The notes beneath the pieces are model-generated. The model saw nothing but the letters and a program-made list of their open reading frames with translations, had not been told where the DNA came from and made no database searches. From positions 124,062,001-124,126,000 of the forward strand of contig OX597818.1 in the NCBI GenBank assembly GCA_951406725.2: DNA of 64,000 nucleotides, in the 5' to 3' direction. Shown one piece after another: positions 24,473 to 37,437 of this stretch; positions within the stretch are counted from its first letter, which is position 1, and each line of letters opens with the position of its first letter. The DNA is from Octopus vulgaris. Taxonomy: Eukaryota. A program made the position numbers and the translations under genes.

Positions 24473-24935
24473 TGTATGTATGTATGTATGTACGTATGTA
24501 TGTATGTATGTATGTATGTACGTATGTATGTACGTACGTATGTATGTATGTATGTATGTATGTATGTATGTATGTATGTATGTATGTACGTATGTATGTA
24601 TGTATGTATGTATGTATGTATGTATGTATGTACGTATGTATGTATGTATGTACGTATGTATGTATGTATGTGTATGTATGTATGTGTGTGTATGTATGTG
24701 TGTATGTATGTATGTATGTATGTATGTACGTACGTACGTACGTATGTATGTATGTATGTATGTACATACGTATGTATGTACGTACGTATGTATGTATGTA
24801 TGTATGTATGTATGTATGTATGTGTGTGTATGTATGTGTGTATGTATGTATGTACGTACGTACGTATGTATGTATGTATGTACGTACGTACGTACGTACG
24901 TACGTATGTATGTATGTATGTATGTTTGTATGTAT
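24473..24935. repeat. (TATG)n/(TACG)n microsatellite
   Basis: Directly visible in the sequence. Confidence 0.95.
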
Positions 24936-25159
24936 GCATGCATGCATATAAGTGTGTGTATACATGTGTGTGCGCGTATGTATACATGTATGTGTGTGTG
25001 TATATGGTCACATGTTTCAGTCTTCATTTGTGTATGTATGTGTGTATGTGTGCTTGTCAGTTCATATTACCTATGTACCTATCCGTCTGTATGTTTATCT
25101 GTTTACATTTATATCCATTTAGCTACATACATGTGCACATACATATACATACATACACA

Positions 25160-26250
25160 CAAGGTGTCCTCGAAGGCGGAGATGCCAACAGACTCAGGAG
25201 GTGTCGCCGAAGTAACCAAACAGTACAAGACTGGTGATCTTGTATATGCACTGTGCTATGGACCTCACCGTGACAAGCAGCCCCGATGGGTAGCAGCAGT
25301 CGTCAGGAAGTCTTTGGGTACCCGCTGTTTCAACGTCAAGGTTTTTCCTCATGGCCCAGTACGGAAAACACAGAGATACTCCAGAAAACTCAGACATGCA
25401 CACACAAGGAGACAGAGGTACACACACACACACACATACACACACACACACAAACATGAATATGCAGAATACATACATGCAAACGTACACACATACATAC
25501 ATATATACATACGAGCACACATGCATACACTCACTTATATGCATATATGCATGCATGCATACATACATACATACATACATACATACATACATACATACAT
25601 ACATACATACATACATACATGCATACATACATACATACATACATACATACATACATACATACATACATACATACATACATACATACGTACGTACGTAAAC
25701 ACACCAGCATCGGTTGTCAAGCAACGCTAGGGGGACAAACACAGACACAAACACATGATACTGGGAACAGCTACGTCCGTACTACGCGTCTGCACAGGAC
25801 TGCGAACCTGACGATGAAACTGACAATATTTCCGAGCTTCCAACAGATCATCCATTGGATATCCTGGGAGAAGTGCCACAAACTCAGAGACAGACCAGAC
25901 CGCTTTTATCCCAAACCAAACCGCTTGTTCCAGAGTATGAACCGGACAACTCTAGACGATCCAAAAGAATACCCAAGCCTAGAAAGAGACTTTGTGTTTG
26001 ATTCTTCTTGTGTAGCATCAGTTTCGGCGGAGAGTTGTTGTGGAGATCGCTAGCCAATATAATTCAAAGTTCTGGAACTCGTGAGAACGTTCAACAGGCG
26101 TCTCGATTTTTGGTTTACGTTATTATTACAGTCTTGAGTTTTACAGTTGGAATAAACAGACTTCACACCTATCTGGAGTATCACTGTGTTTTCTTCTTTG
26201 CGAGCAAAAGACAACACACCTATCTGGATTATTACTCTGTTTTTTGTAAG
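25160..26250 (+). mobile_element. Gypsy-like LTR retrotransposon 3' end (integrase C-terminus, PPT-like tract, LTR start), interrupted at ~25362-25758
   Basis: GDLVYAL..GP..RWVAAVVRKSLGTRCFNVKV.PHGPV // WEQLRP...RRSKRIPKPRKRL*, then ggcggagag and TGTTGTGG at ~26036. Right boundary approximate. Confidence 0.7.
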
Positions 26251-27286
26251 TAAGGCTAAAGACCCCTTTTCGGTCATGAATGACCATGGGATTGCACCTA
26301 GAAAGTTACCCTCCGAGGTACAAGTCCGGGAAGACCAGCAGTCGCCCATGCATACCAGCCTCCCCTCTCCACGCCACGCCACCAGTGTTATCCAAGGGAA
26401 AGACAAAGGTCGATACAGCTTGGCACCAGTGAAATAAAGTGCCTTGCTCAAGAACACAACACGCAGCCCGGTCCGGGATTCGAGCTCACAACCTCACGAT
26501 CGTAAGCTCGATGCTCTAACTACTGAGCCATGCGCCTTTTGTAAGTAAACTAGAGAAATATAACATATGATGTTGTTTCGTACTAGTATGAATTGTAATA
26601 AAGTGAATAAAAAGTATTTCATACCGTAAAATTGAAAATGGGATAATATTTATTGGAAGGTGAAAACAGAGAGCTGACAGAATCGTTACCACTCCGGAAA
26701 AAATGCTTAGTGGCATTTCGTCCGTCTTCACTTGCAGAATTCAAATTCCGCCGAGGTCGACTTTGCCTTCCATCCTTTTGGGGTTTCTATAAACTAAGTA
26801 CCACTTGAGTCGATGTAAGCAACTTTTCACCTTCCAGCGAAATTCCTGGCCTTGTGCTAAAATTTTGAAATCAATATTTGGTCCGATTTTGAAATCAATA
26901 TTTGGTCTTTTTTTTTTTCTAGCGATTCAAATATCAACATTTCATCTTTAATCCATTGCTCTAAATTTCGTGTTTGTTTCTTCCTGCTTTTCTGACCAGA
27001 ATTTTCCATTATGATCATCAGCTTATGTTCCTCACTATGGATGTAATTTTAATTAATTAAACTATTCTAAATCAATACTGTGTAATTTAGTACCGACTTT
27101 AATATTTAGGTTTTATACGAAGGGCGTCCTTGAGTATTCGCCCATTTATTAGTCTTTAAGGAAAGTAGAGTTCACTCCCTTCTTATGCTCGTGTACGGAC
27201 TGAGTTAACATCGATAGAAATTTCAAAAGTGAAACAATAAAAGTCACGAGACGTTCTCAGTGAATAACAACAGTTTGACGCCGCAA

Positions 27287-28030
27287 GGTGGCGAGCTGGC
27301 AGAAACGTCAGCACGCCGGGCGAAATACGTAGCCGTATTTCGTCTGTCGCTTTACGTTCTGTGTTCAAATTCCGCCGAGGTCGACTTTGCCTTTCATCCT
27401 TTCGGGGTCGATTAAATAAGTACCAGTTACGCATTGGGGTCGATATAATCGACTTAATCCATTTGTCTGTCCTTGTTTGTCCCCACTATGTGTAGCCCCT
27501 TGCGGGCAGTAAAGAGATAAGAAACGTTAGCACGCCGGTCGAAATGCTTTACGTTCTGAGTTCAAATTCCGCCGAGGTCGACTTTGCCTTTCATCCTTTC
27601 GGGGTCGATTAAATAAGTACCAGTTACGCATTGGGGTCGATATAATCGACTTAATCCATTTGTCTGTCCTTGTTTGTCCCCTCTATGTGTAGCCCCTTGC
27701 GGGCAGTAAAGAGATAAGAAACGTTAGCACGCCGGTCGAAATGCTTTACGTTCTGAGTTCAAATTCCGCCGAGGTCGACTTTGCCTTTCATCCTTTCGGG
27801 GTCGATTAAATAAGTACCAGTTATGCACTGGGATCGATATAATCGACTTAATCCGTTTGTCTGACCTTGTTTGTCCCCACTATGTTTAGCCCCTTGTGGG
27901 CAGTAAAGAAATAGGTATTTTGTCCGTCTTTACATTCTGAATTCAAATTCCGCAGAGGTCGACTTTGCCTTTCATCTTCTCAGGGTTGACAAAATAAGTA
28001 CTAGTTGAAAACTGGGGGTCTATGTAATCG
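27287..28030 (+). mobile_element. Tandem multimer of family-A SINE (one head plus about four bodies, ~198-bp period)
   Basis: gttcaaattccgccgaggtcgactttgcc recurs at ~27363, 27560, 27757 and 27942. Confidence 0.85.
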
Positions 28031-30329
28031 ACGGTTAGCCTCCAATGTTTGACCCCAGCAAAAAAAAAATGAAAAAAAATATAGTGTAAAAAAATGAAAA
28101 AAAATATAGACATGTAGTAAACGAATATGAAAAAAAAAAAAGTGCGCAGGCGAACGGAGGCGGAGTGGAGAGATGGCTCGGAAAATTCACACGATCAAAC
28201 TCACAGGATCCGAAAACTCAACGTTAACACCCAGTCACAAAAAGGGGGAAAAAAGTGTAATAAGTGTAAAACAAGATGTAGTAAACGAATATGAAAGAAA
28301 AAAATGCGTGCTGGCGAACGGGAAGTGGGTAGACGACTCGGAAAATTCACATCGGGAGTGTTCCGAGTCCTTTCACCACTTCCCGTTCGTCGGTGCAATT
28401 TTGTTTTCTTCATATTCGTTTACTACACATTGTTTTACACCAAGTACACTATTTTTTTTTTTTCCAATTTTTGTGACGGGGATGGGGTGTGCTGACTCGG
28501 ATAATTCACACGATCCAGTAACCCAACTTCGACACCCGATCACCAAAAATTAGAAAAAAAAAGTGCAATAGGTGTAAAATAATGGGGTTGTTGAGGACAG
28601 GACTCGGAAAATTCACACGATCAAACTCATAGGATCCAAAGACTCAACGTTAACACCCAATCACAAAAATAAGGAAAAAGTAGTGTAATAGGCATAAAAC
28701 AGACGTAGTAAACGAGTATGAAAAAACAATGCGCACTGACGAACGTGGCGGGAGAGAAGACTCGGAAAATTCACTTGCCCAAGGTGTCATACAGTGGGCC
28801 TGAACTCGGAACCGTGTGGTTGGGAAGAATATCCATTTTCCTGAGGGAAAATATCGGATCGTGTGAATTGTCCTGGCCCCGCTTCCCCCATTCGTTCGCC
28901 AGCAAGTGTCTTCAAGTATAGCCTCGGACCGACCGATGCGTCCTTGAGGCTGAAGTTGGAATTTCAGAGCAAAAATTATCTCTGCAATAAACGAATGTGA
29001 AGACAAAATTACAACCAACATCAGTAATTTTATTCAGCTGAATACACGTCATTGATTGGTTGAAATTACCGAAATACGACTACTTTAACATGAAATAACT
29101 TTGAAAATAAAAACTTTTCTCAAGAACACTAAGAGTAAAAGATGTTTTATATGACACATTCTACCAGGGTCCGAAGTTTGAAAGTGTTTAGTTACAAAAA
29201 AATAATTTCTCGATCTGCCGTTCAAAGGGTAAAGATCCTACAGCAGACCCAAAGGTGCCACCCGGGATGGACCCTTCCCCCCACTTTACCCAGCTAGGCT
29301 GGTCGACACAAGACCTGAAATTTAGATGCGGAAAGATAGGGGGAGGGTAGTCGATTACATCGACTCATTACGGAGCTGATACTCTATTTTATCGACCCTG
29401 AAAGGCTGAAAGTTACATAGAACAGGGAGAGATGCCGCTCAGCATTTTGTCCAGGGTGGTAAGAACTCTACCAACTTGCCGGTAACTAATGAAGTACATA
29501 TACCTCTGCTTAAATTACTCATTTCTTGATTTCTTCTTGTTCTCCATTTATGTTCTCTTTTACATAATTATTACAAATAATATTTCGCTTTTATGAAATA
29601 AAGGTATGTCAAAAATATTTCAAGTTAACTAAATAATTTGAAACTTCGTATACTGGTAGAATGTGTCAAAAGAAAACATTAATTTCAACTAGTTTTTTTG
29701 AGAAAAATGTATTTTATAAGTTTAAACGTAGTTTAAGTCTGCGAATTTTAACCAATCGTATTGTCTGTTTTCATTTGAAATCATTAACTGCATAGTGTTA
29801 GTGTGACGTAGACAGCTATTTTGTGAAAATTTTAAACAGCGTGGGTAAGCAGTAAGCAAACAGCTGTGGTAGATGTGGTTATCATGGCAGTGGTGGTGGT
29901 GGTGTAATGGTGACAGTGGATGTGTATGATGGCAGCAATTATAGTGTTGGTGTTTTTGTAGAGGTGGTGGTGGTGGTGGTGGTGGCGGCAGTGGATGATG
30001 ATAGTAGTAGTGGCATTGATTATGTTAGGATGTCTCAGTGGTGGTTGTGAAGATGATTCTGATATTGTTAGTCTTTGCATTGAGGTGGTGGCAGAGTCAG
30101 AGTAAATAATAAGAGCCCAGTTAACACAAGATTCTTAAATTTCGGAGATCATAAGATAGAGAGCAAGAAGTTAAAAGTTCCAATACTGGCCCAATTCCTA
30201 CACCCCAGATTCTTCAACTATTTTATAAGAAAGGGGTTAATGGCAGGATAGGGATTCAGCTTAAAAATAAATTGTATAACAAAAAATACATAAATAAATT
30301 ATTGCTCCAACGATGTAATTTTAGTATGT

Positions 30330-30369
<40 letters not shown>

Positions 30370-31627
30370 ATGGATCAAAACAGTTTGATTCAAATTCTGT
30401 GGTACTTATATATTCATACATATACATGTAGATGTATATAACATATATATATATTGTATGTAAACATCTTTTATATATATATAATGTATGCATCTATAAT
30501 ACACACACATTATAAATATATACACATATATGCATATGCATTAGAATATGTGTGTATAGGTGTATATATAAATATATATATATATATGCATATGTTTGTA
30601 TACATGTATGTGTAGCTATTTAGGATCTACACAAATTTTATATTTACTCCACGAAGTTTGAAAGTGTTTAGTTAGAAAAAATTATTTTAAAAATCTGTAG
30701 GTCAAAAGGTAAAGATCCGGTATTTTGAATTTTTGTTGCATTTCTAATCTTTCTGCTGCCTAAGGATGGATATTTATGCGTATGAATCTTTTTCTTTTTA
30801 TTTTGTTTCAAATATAATTCTAGGGAACTGAAAAAGCTGTGTACGATGCCAAGCTTATCGAAAGGTAAAGATCCGGTATTTTGAATTTTTGTTGCATTTC
30901 TAATCTTTCTGCTGCCTAAGGATGGATATTTATGCGTATGAATCTTTTTCTTTTTATTTTGTTTCAAATATAATTCTAGGGAACTGAAAAAGCTGTGTAC
31001 GATGCCAAGCGAATTTACGATAAGCGGATGTTTACATTTTAGCTATTTACATGTTTACGTTAACTACGTCACAAAATAGCTGTTTACGTCACAGTAACAA
31101 TATTTTGAGAGGCAGTAAATGATATGAAGTCGAAAGAAAGAATACCATTGGTTAAAATTTGAATTATTAAACAACGTTAAACTTAGAAATTACAATTCCG
31201 TTTTCATTTTGGTTTACAATTATGTTTTCTTTTGACACATTCTACCAGTATACGAAGTTTAAAATTGTTTAGTTAACTAGGAAAATCTGGCCTTCAAAAT
31301 GCAAAGTTGACATCGGCATTTGATAGGTACTTTGTTTTAGCGATTCAAGAAAGATGAAAGAGGATTTATAGCTCAAACACAGCAGGCATTTTGTGTAGGC
31401 TTCTAAAAATTCTGCCAAAACATATATGCAGCTAAATTTTCTGGGTAAGGTGCCAAAATACTATAAAAATCTAAGTTCTTTGTACACAGACAAAAGTGAT
31501 CACTATTTAGGAAAGATTTTCTAACTGAAAGGTCTAAAGTTAACAGATACAGACTGTAATCATAGTTGTTGAGATAAAGAAAACTGATGGAATATTTCTA
31601 TAAAAATATCTATTCTATATCATAAAA

Positions 31628-32803
31628 CCTCACAATGTAATGGGTGAAATTGACATTTTAGTAATTGACTCTGATTACTCTTACAATATGAGTGTTAGTG
31701 AAGGCGTATGGCATAATGGTTAGGGTATTCGGCTCTCGAGCCTACGGACATGAGTTCGATTCTCAACGGTGCGTTGTGTCCTTGAGCAAGACACTTTATT
31801 TCACGTTTCCCTAGTTCATTCAGCTCGCAAAAATGATTAGCACCTGTATTTTAAAGGGCTAGCCTTGTCACATTTTGTGTCACACTGAATCTCCTTGAGA
31901 ACTAACGTTAAGTGCACGCGTGTCTGTGGAGTGCTCAGCACGTTAATTTCACGAGTTCCGTTGGTTGCATCAACTGGAACCATCAGGAACAATCTTAACC
32001 GACGGAGTGTCAGTTGTTATGTGTTTTGTACTAAATGCACACATGATTCTGTGTATACGTTTATTCTAGGGTAGAACCTAATTATCGCTCCTTCATTTTG
32101 ATCCCACCGCTGCCATTTTATTCTTTCTTTTAGCCCCTTGTGGGTAATAAAGAAACATATTCTTGGAAACTCAAATGGAGAATCTTTTGAATGTTGTACA
32201 AATCTTGTACCACTAATTGATTGGGATCAAAATATTCAAATCAATTTGAATTCTTCTTCCTGAGAATATCCAAGATTTTTTGTTAATCTGTTGTTACATA
32301 GTCCAGTACAACATTGATAATAGATACAAATGAAAACCTGTTCTTTACCGCTGTTTTGTGGTACCGCTAATCAGCCAACATTTTTGTATTTGCACTGTGG
32401 TAGCTTAAAAGTTTTAGTCTAACATGTACTCAGTTGCGATCTTGTGTTCCCCAGGAACATATTTTTAAAGTATAACGGATGTGTATTGTATTCATAAAAG
32501 GTCATGAAATAACATTTCAATGATTTCTTTTTTTTTTTTTTGGCTAATTGTGAAAATGTTTGAAACATTTTACATGTGTTAGTAGTCGATTTACATAGTT
32601 ACTAATCAATCTTGTTTTTTTTCTTTTTATCCCAAACAATTAGTAGTACAAGATTTGTACAACATTCAAAATGCTCTCCATTTGAGTTTCCTAGAATAAG
32701 CGTGTACACAGAATCAATCGTGCATATAAGCATAACAGACATATTAGGAGTAATCAATCACATAGTCAATTACTAAAATGACACGTAGATCCATTACACG
32801 AGG
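31628..32803. mobile_element. Old MITE with long subterminal inverted repeats (piggyBac-like ends) and a nested SINE at ~31700-32015
   Basis: Inverted pairs 31650-31690/32740-32782, 32037-32070/32691-32723 and 32160-32227/32629-32698. Right end is ...gagg|ttaa; left TTAA not conserved. Confidence 0.55.
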
Positions 32804-32877
32804 TTAAGTGATTAACAATTATGTAACTAATGACCCTGGAGAGCTTCAGAGCAGATACAGGGATAGGACGGGAGTGG

Positions 32878-32931
<54 letters not shown>

Positions 32932-33009
32932 CTGAGACCGCTGTTCGGATCTGTTCAGTTTGGCTCACAGATTCTTTAATTAATGTTGTTGTTTTTAATT
33001 AAATATTTC

Positions 33010-33434
33010 GGATCTTTTCGGTTTGAACGGCAGTTTTTTCTAGCGGTGTCATATGAAATTGTCACCCATAATTATGACCTTAGTATCGATCTATTGCATT
33101 TCAATCTGTTTTAGGGTTAGGGTTAGGGTTAGGGGTGGGGGGAAGGGTATCTTTTTTCTTCACAAATGTAAATAAACCCAATCTGTTTCTTAAACGAGGG
33201 ACATATTCATATGGCACAGAATGTTTTTTTTTTACCTCAATGCACGACATTGATTGGTTGAAATTTCAGAAATTGAAGAAAAAAACCCAACAAATATCTT
33301 ACAAACTATAGAATTTTCTCAATAAAGCCAAGAGAAAAAGATGTTTTATAAACACATTCTACCAGTATACGAAATTAAAAATTTTTTAGTTACCTAGAAT
33401 ATATTAAAAACTGCCGTTCAAACCGAAAAGATCC
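33010..33434. mobile_element. Merlin-like MITE
   Basis: 29-bp TIR ggatcttttcggtttgaacggcagttttt; perfect 8-bp TSD aatatttc (33002-33009, 33435-33442); GG termini. Related ends at ~29215-29238 and ~30697-30718. Confidence 0.75.
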
Positions 33435-33991
33435 AATATTTCAAGCCCTGGAATTATAAAGTTAAACTGCTGGTTCAGTAGATGAAGTTAGAGACCTATA
33501 TTGTCGACAGGCGGGACTGGGGTGTAATAAGCTTGTTTCCTGACCATATGGTTCAGGGTTCAGTCCCACTGCGTGGCACCTTGGACAAGTGTCTTCTACT
33601 ATAGGTTCGGACCAGTGGCGGCTCGTGCATAGGAAGTGCGAAACTGCAGCACCCCCTATTTCCATTCGATATACTGGGATAATTTCTCACGCAGAACACG
33701 GTTTACTTTGAACGTTTTTGACAAAATTTCGTATTGTAGAAGTTGCATATTACACACGTTTTTGTTGTTTTTGGTTCCGCGTCGGAGTAACCAGTAAACA
33801 TCGAAGAATCAATATCAAGAAGGAAGAAATATTATTTACCTATATTTATTCGTTTGCCCGACATTGGTATTTAAGCCGCAGGGCCGAATTTGGGGGGAAA
33901 TGTTGGTCTGAGCCACATATAAAGCGCACCGGTGTTTAAAAGACCTATTGAGCTACGGGTTCGTATGTTGATGTGTATGTAGTTTCAAAAT

Positions 33992-34377
33992 TGTGGAGGC
34001 GCAATGGCCCAGTGGTTAGGGCAGCAGACTCGCGGTCGTAGGATCGCGGTTTCGATTCCCAGACCGGGCGTTGTGAGTGTTTATTGAGCGAAAACACCTA
34101 AAGCTCCACGAGGCTCCCGCAGGGATGGTGGTGATCCCTGCTGTACTCTTTCACCACAACTTTCTCTCACTCTTACTTCCTGTTTCTGTTGTACCTGTAT
34201 TTCAAAGGGCCGGCCTTGTTACTCTCTGTGTCACGCTGAATATCCCCGAGAATTACGTTAAGGGTGCACGTGTCTGTGGAGTGCTCAGCCACTTACACGT
34301 TAATTTCACGAGCAGGCTGTTCCGTTGATTCGGATCAACCGGAATCCTCGTCGTCGTAACCGACGGAGTGCTTCCAC
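33992..34377 (+). mobile_element. Family-R SINE
   Basis: 11-bp TSD agtttcaaaat at 33981-33991 and 34378-34388. Confidence 0.85.
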
Positions 34378-35189
34378 AGTTTCAAAATGCCTTATTTTAC
34401 AACTATGAAATATATTGTTATTGTTATCATTTTATCTTACTATAATCAACAACAGACACATTTCGTCAATATAAAAATCTTTATTATATTAAAAATAACA
34501 TTATCAAAACATGAGGATAAAACTAAACAAATATGCTTTGTTTTCTTCCAGGCACCAATGTACTGTAACCGCAGTCTTTCACGTTGTTCCCCAACCGACC
34601 TTTCCGCTGAAAAAATCAGTGGAATCAGTCGATCTCCATACACAAATTATTTTCCTCCTGAAACTTATAAAAAGGTAAACATATTAGGCGCACCTTTCTA
34701 TAAACCGCACAATTAATTCTCCAGGTAAAAAATAGCGGCTTATATACAGGAACATATGGTAATTGTAGCGGCAGTGACAAGTTTGCTCGCTAGTTGCTAG
34801 TTGATAGTGTAGCGGTGGCTGTCTGCCAGTAGAGAGGGAAAGAGTAAGGAATGCACGGTGCTGACTAGAAAGAAAGAAAGGATAACATACGAATAGAACA
34901 GAGTGGTGACATTTAGTAGAGATGATCCGGAAGTTGTTCCTCTTCGATTACTATCGTTAACAGCAGTAGCTTTCTTCAACTGAATACACGTCGTTGATTG
35001 GTTAAAATTACCCAAATACAACTTTAACACGAAATGCCATCTAAAATACGAAATTGTGTCAAAAATGTTCAAAGTAAACTAAACACATCCCACTGTTCTG
35101 TACATCGACGACGCCGACACCACCACTATCACTGTTCCATGATGTTTTAATTGGAGTGTTATTAATAGCATAATATTTGTCTTTGCAAA

Positions 35190-35740
35190 GGCGGCGAGCT
35201 GGCAGAAACGTTAGCACGCCGGGCGAAATGCGTAGCCGTATTTCTCCTGCCGCTACATTCTGGGTTCAAATTCCGCCGAGGTCGACTTTGCCTTTCATCC
35301 TTTCGGGGTCGATAAATTAAGTACCAGTTACGCACTGGGGTCAATATAATCGACTTAATCCATTTGTCCGTCCTTGTTTGTCCTCTCTGTGTTTAGCCCC
35401 TTGTGGGTAGTAAAAAAAAAAGGTATTTCGTCTGCCGCTACGTTCTGAGTTCAAATTCCGCCGAGGTCGACTTTGCCTTTCATCATTTCGAGGTCGCTTA
35501 AATAAGTACCAGTTACGCACTGGGGTCGATATAATCGACTTTATCCATTTGTCTGTCCTTGTTTGTCCCCACAATGTGTAGCCCCTTGCAAGCAGTAAAG
35601 AGATAAGAAACGTTAGCACGCCGGTTGAAATGCTTTACGTTCTGAGTTCAAATTCCGCCGAGGTCGACTTTACATTTCATCCTTCAAGGGTCGCTAAATT
35701 TAGTACCAGTTACGTACTGGAGTCGATCTATTCGTCTGGT
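35190..35740 (+). mobile_element. Family-A SINE trimer
   Basis: One head followed by three body repeats. Confidence 0.8.
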
Positions 35741-37030
35741 CTTTACAATTCTTTATGAAATTCCGGTTGGAGCAAGTTCACGCAATAATTCTTTGTCTCG
35801 TTTTAAACTGAATAGTTTCTATACCAATCTTTTGATTATTGCCATTTATGAAAAACTATTAATTGACTTAATTACGTTAATTGTAAGAATTTATGACTAC
35901 TTGTACACAAGTTCTGTAGTAAGTAAATATTTCATGCCCTAGAATTATAAAGCTAAACTGCTGGTTCAGGAGATGAAGTTATGTTTTTCTTCCCTTCCTC
36001 TAATTTCATGATCTTATGACGATGTTAGCAGACCTATATTGTCGACAGGCGGTACTGGGGTGTAATAAGCTTGCTTCCTGACCACATAGTTCAGGGTTCA
36101 GTCCCACTGCGAGGCACCTTGGGCAAGTGTCTTCTACCTCGGACCTTGGGCAAGTGTCTTCTGCCTCGGACCAGTGGCGGCTCGTGTATAGGAAGTGCGG
36201 AACAGCAGCACCTCCTATTTCCACTCGATATTATCGATAACATTCAATATAATGAGTCCTTTTTTCCTTTAATTCTTTCCTTAAACCTGTACATTGTATA
36301 ATCCTTAAGCTTAATGTCAGTAGTCATCCCCTAGTTCATGAAAAAAAAAGTACAAAAATCCTTGTATAGAACTGTGCGCTTCATGGTTCCAGCGATGCGA
36401 TCTTTGGCTGTTGTGCACATACTCACATGTCCGAGATAGGAAGCTGCACGCTAGGGAGAGAGAGCACTGTGTGAATGACAGTGCCAGGTGAAAGGTAATG
36501 TTTCTTTTTGACGCCGCATGTATTGTGCTTAAAAACGCGTTTTTATTCTTGAATATGATAAAGTGTAGAATTAATTATCCTGCTTCCTGCATCAGGTTGC
36601 TGCCAGGATTAGAAAAATAGGGCACATCCTCCACCTCAATTTTGTCATTTAGGTGGGATTTTCGAAAAACAAGGGGGAATTCGCGGCGGTGTTCAGTGAA
36701 CAAATTAAACACACTACCCAGCAGTGGCTAAAATGCGAACCGGTCAAGTTTATGTATAATTTTTCTTTTTATACGTTTGCTTCCTTTTACACAATATTAA
36801 AACAACGGCTAAACATTTTCTCAAGCAACAACCCCACTAATTTTATCTACAAGCCACCATTGCCTCAGAGCGACCAGAGCATTGTGACTGAAGATAGAAA
36901 ACTTCGAATGACCCGTCCTTGTTTTCTTTATACCGTCTTTCTGGATGTTTTGTTGTCCCCTTTTTGTATCACCTAGTTGTCCGGATGTTTTGCATTCTTG
37001 TCCTATTTTGTATATATATATATATATATA

Positions 37031-37308
37031 TATAAAATATTATTAGAGACAAAACCACTATTTTGCAAAACAAACAAGGAAAGACTTAATCAATACATAA
37101 AATTTTAATAAATAGTCAAAAAAACCGCCACTACAATCGTTTCTTGTCTTGATCGACAATCTTCAGGTGGACTTCAATAAGTCAGTTTCAAATTATAAAC
37201 GATTGTAGTGGCGGTTTTTTTGACTATTTATTAAAATTTTATGTATTGATTAAGTCTTTCCTTGTTTGTTTTGCAAAATAGTGGTTTTGTCTCTAATAAT
37301 ATTTTATA
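37031..37308. repeat. Long palindrome (112-bp arms, 54-nt spacer) in TA tracts; Penelope-like
   Basis: 37031-37142 is the reverse complement of 37197-37308. Confidence 0.85.
37128..37170 (-). ncRNA. Minimal type I hammerhead ribozyme
   Basis: Minus strand: ccac-CTGAAGA-ttgtc(gatcaa)gacaa-GAAA-cgattg-TA|gtgg. Confidence 0.75.
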
Positions 37309-37387
37309 ATATTTTACTATAAAATTGGATTTAATCCTAAATCTGATTTTTTTCCCTGTAAATTTGGATTTATTCCCTAATATTTAT

Positions 37388-37437
<50 letters not shown>

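Noticed and set aside
27287-28030. Regularly spaced repeats resembling a CRISPR array
   Set aside because: The intervening sequences are also repeated, the context is eukaryotic and no cas genes are present; this is a SINE multimer.
34927-34935. ETS-like CCGGAAGT motif in a unique stretch as a promoter
   Set aside because: A single short motif with no linked exon or transcript evidence.
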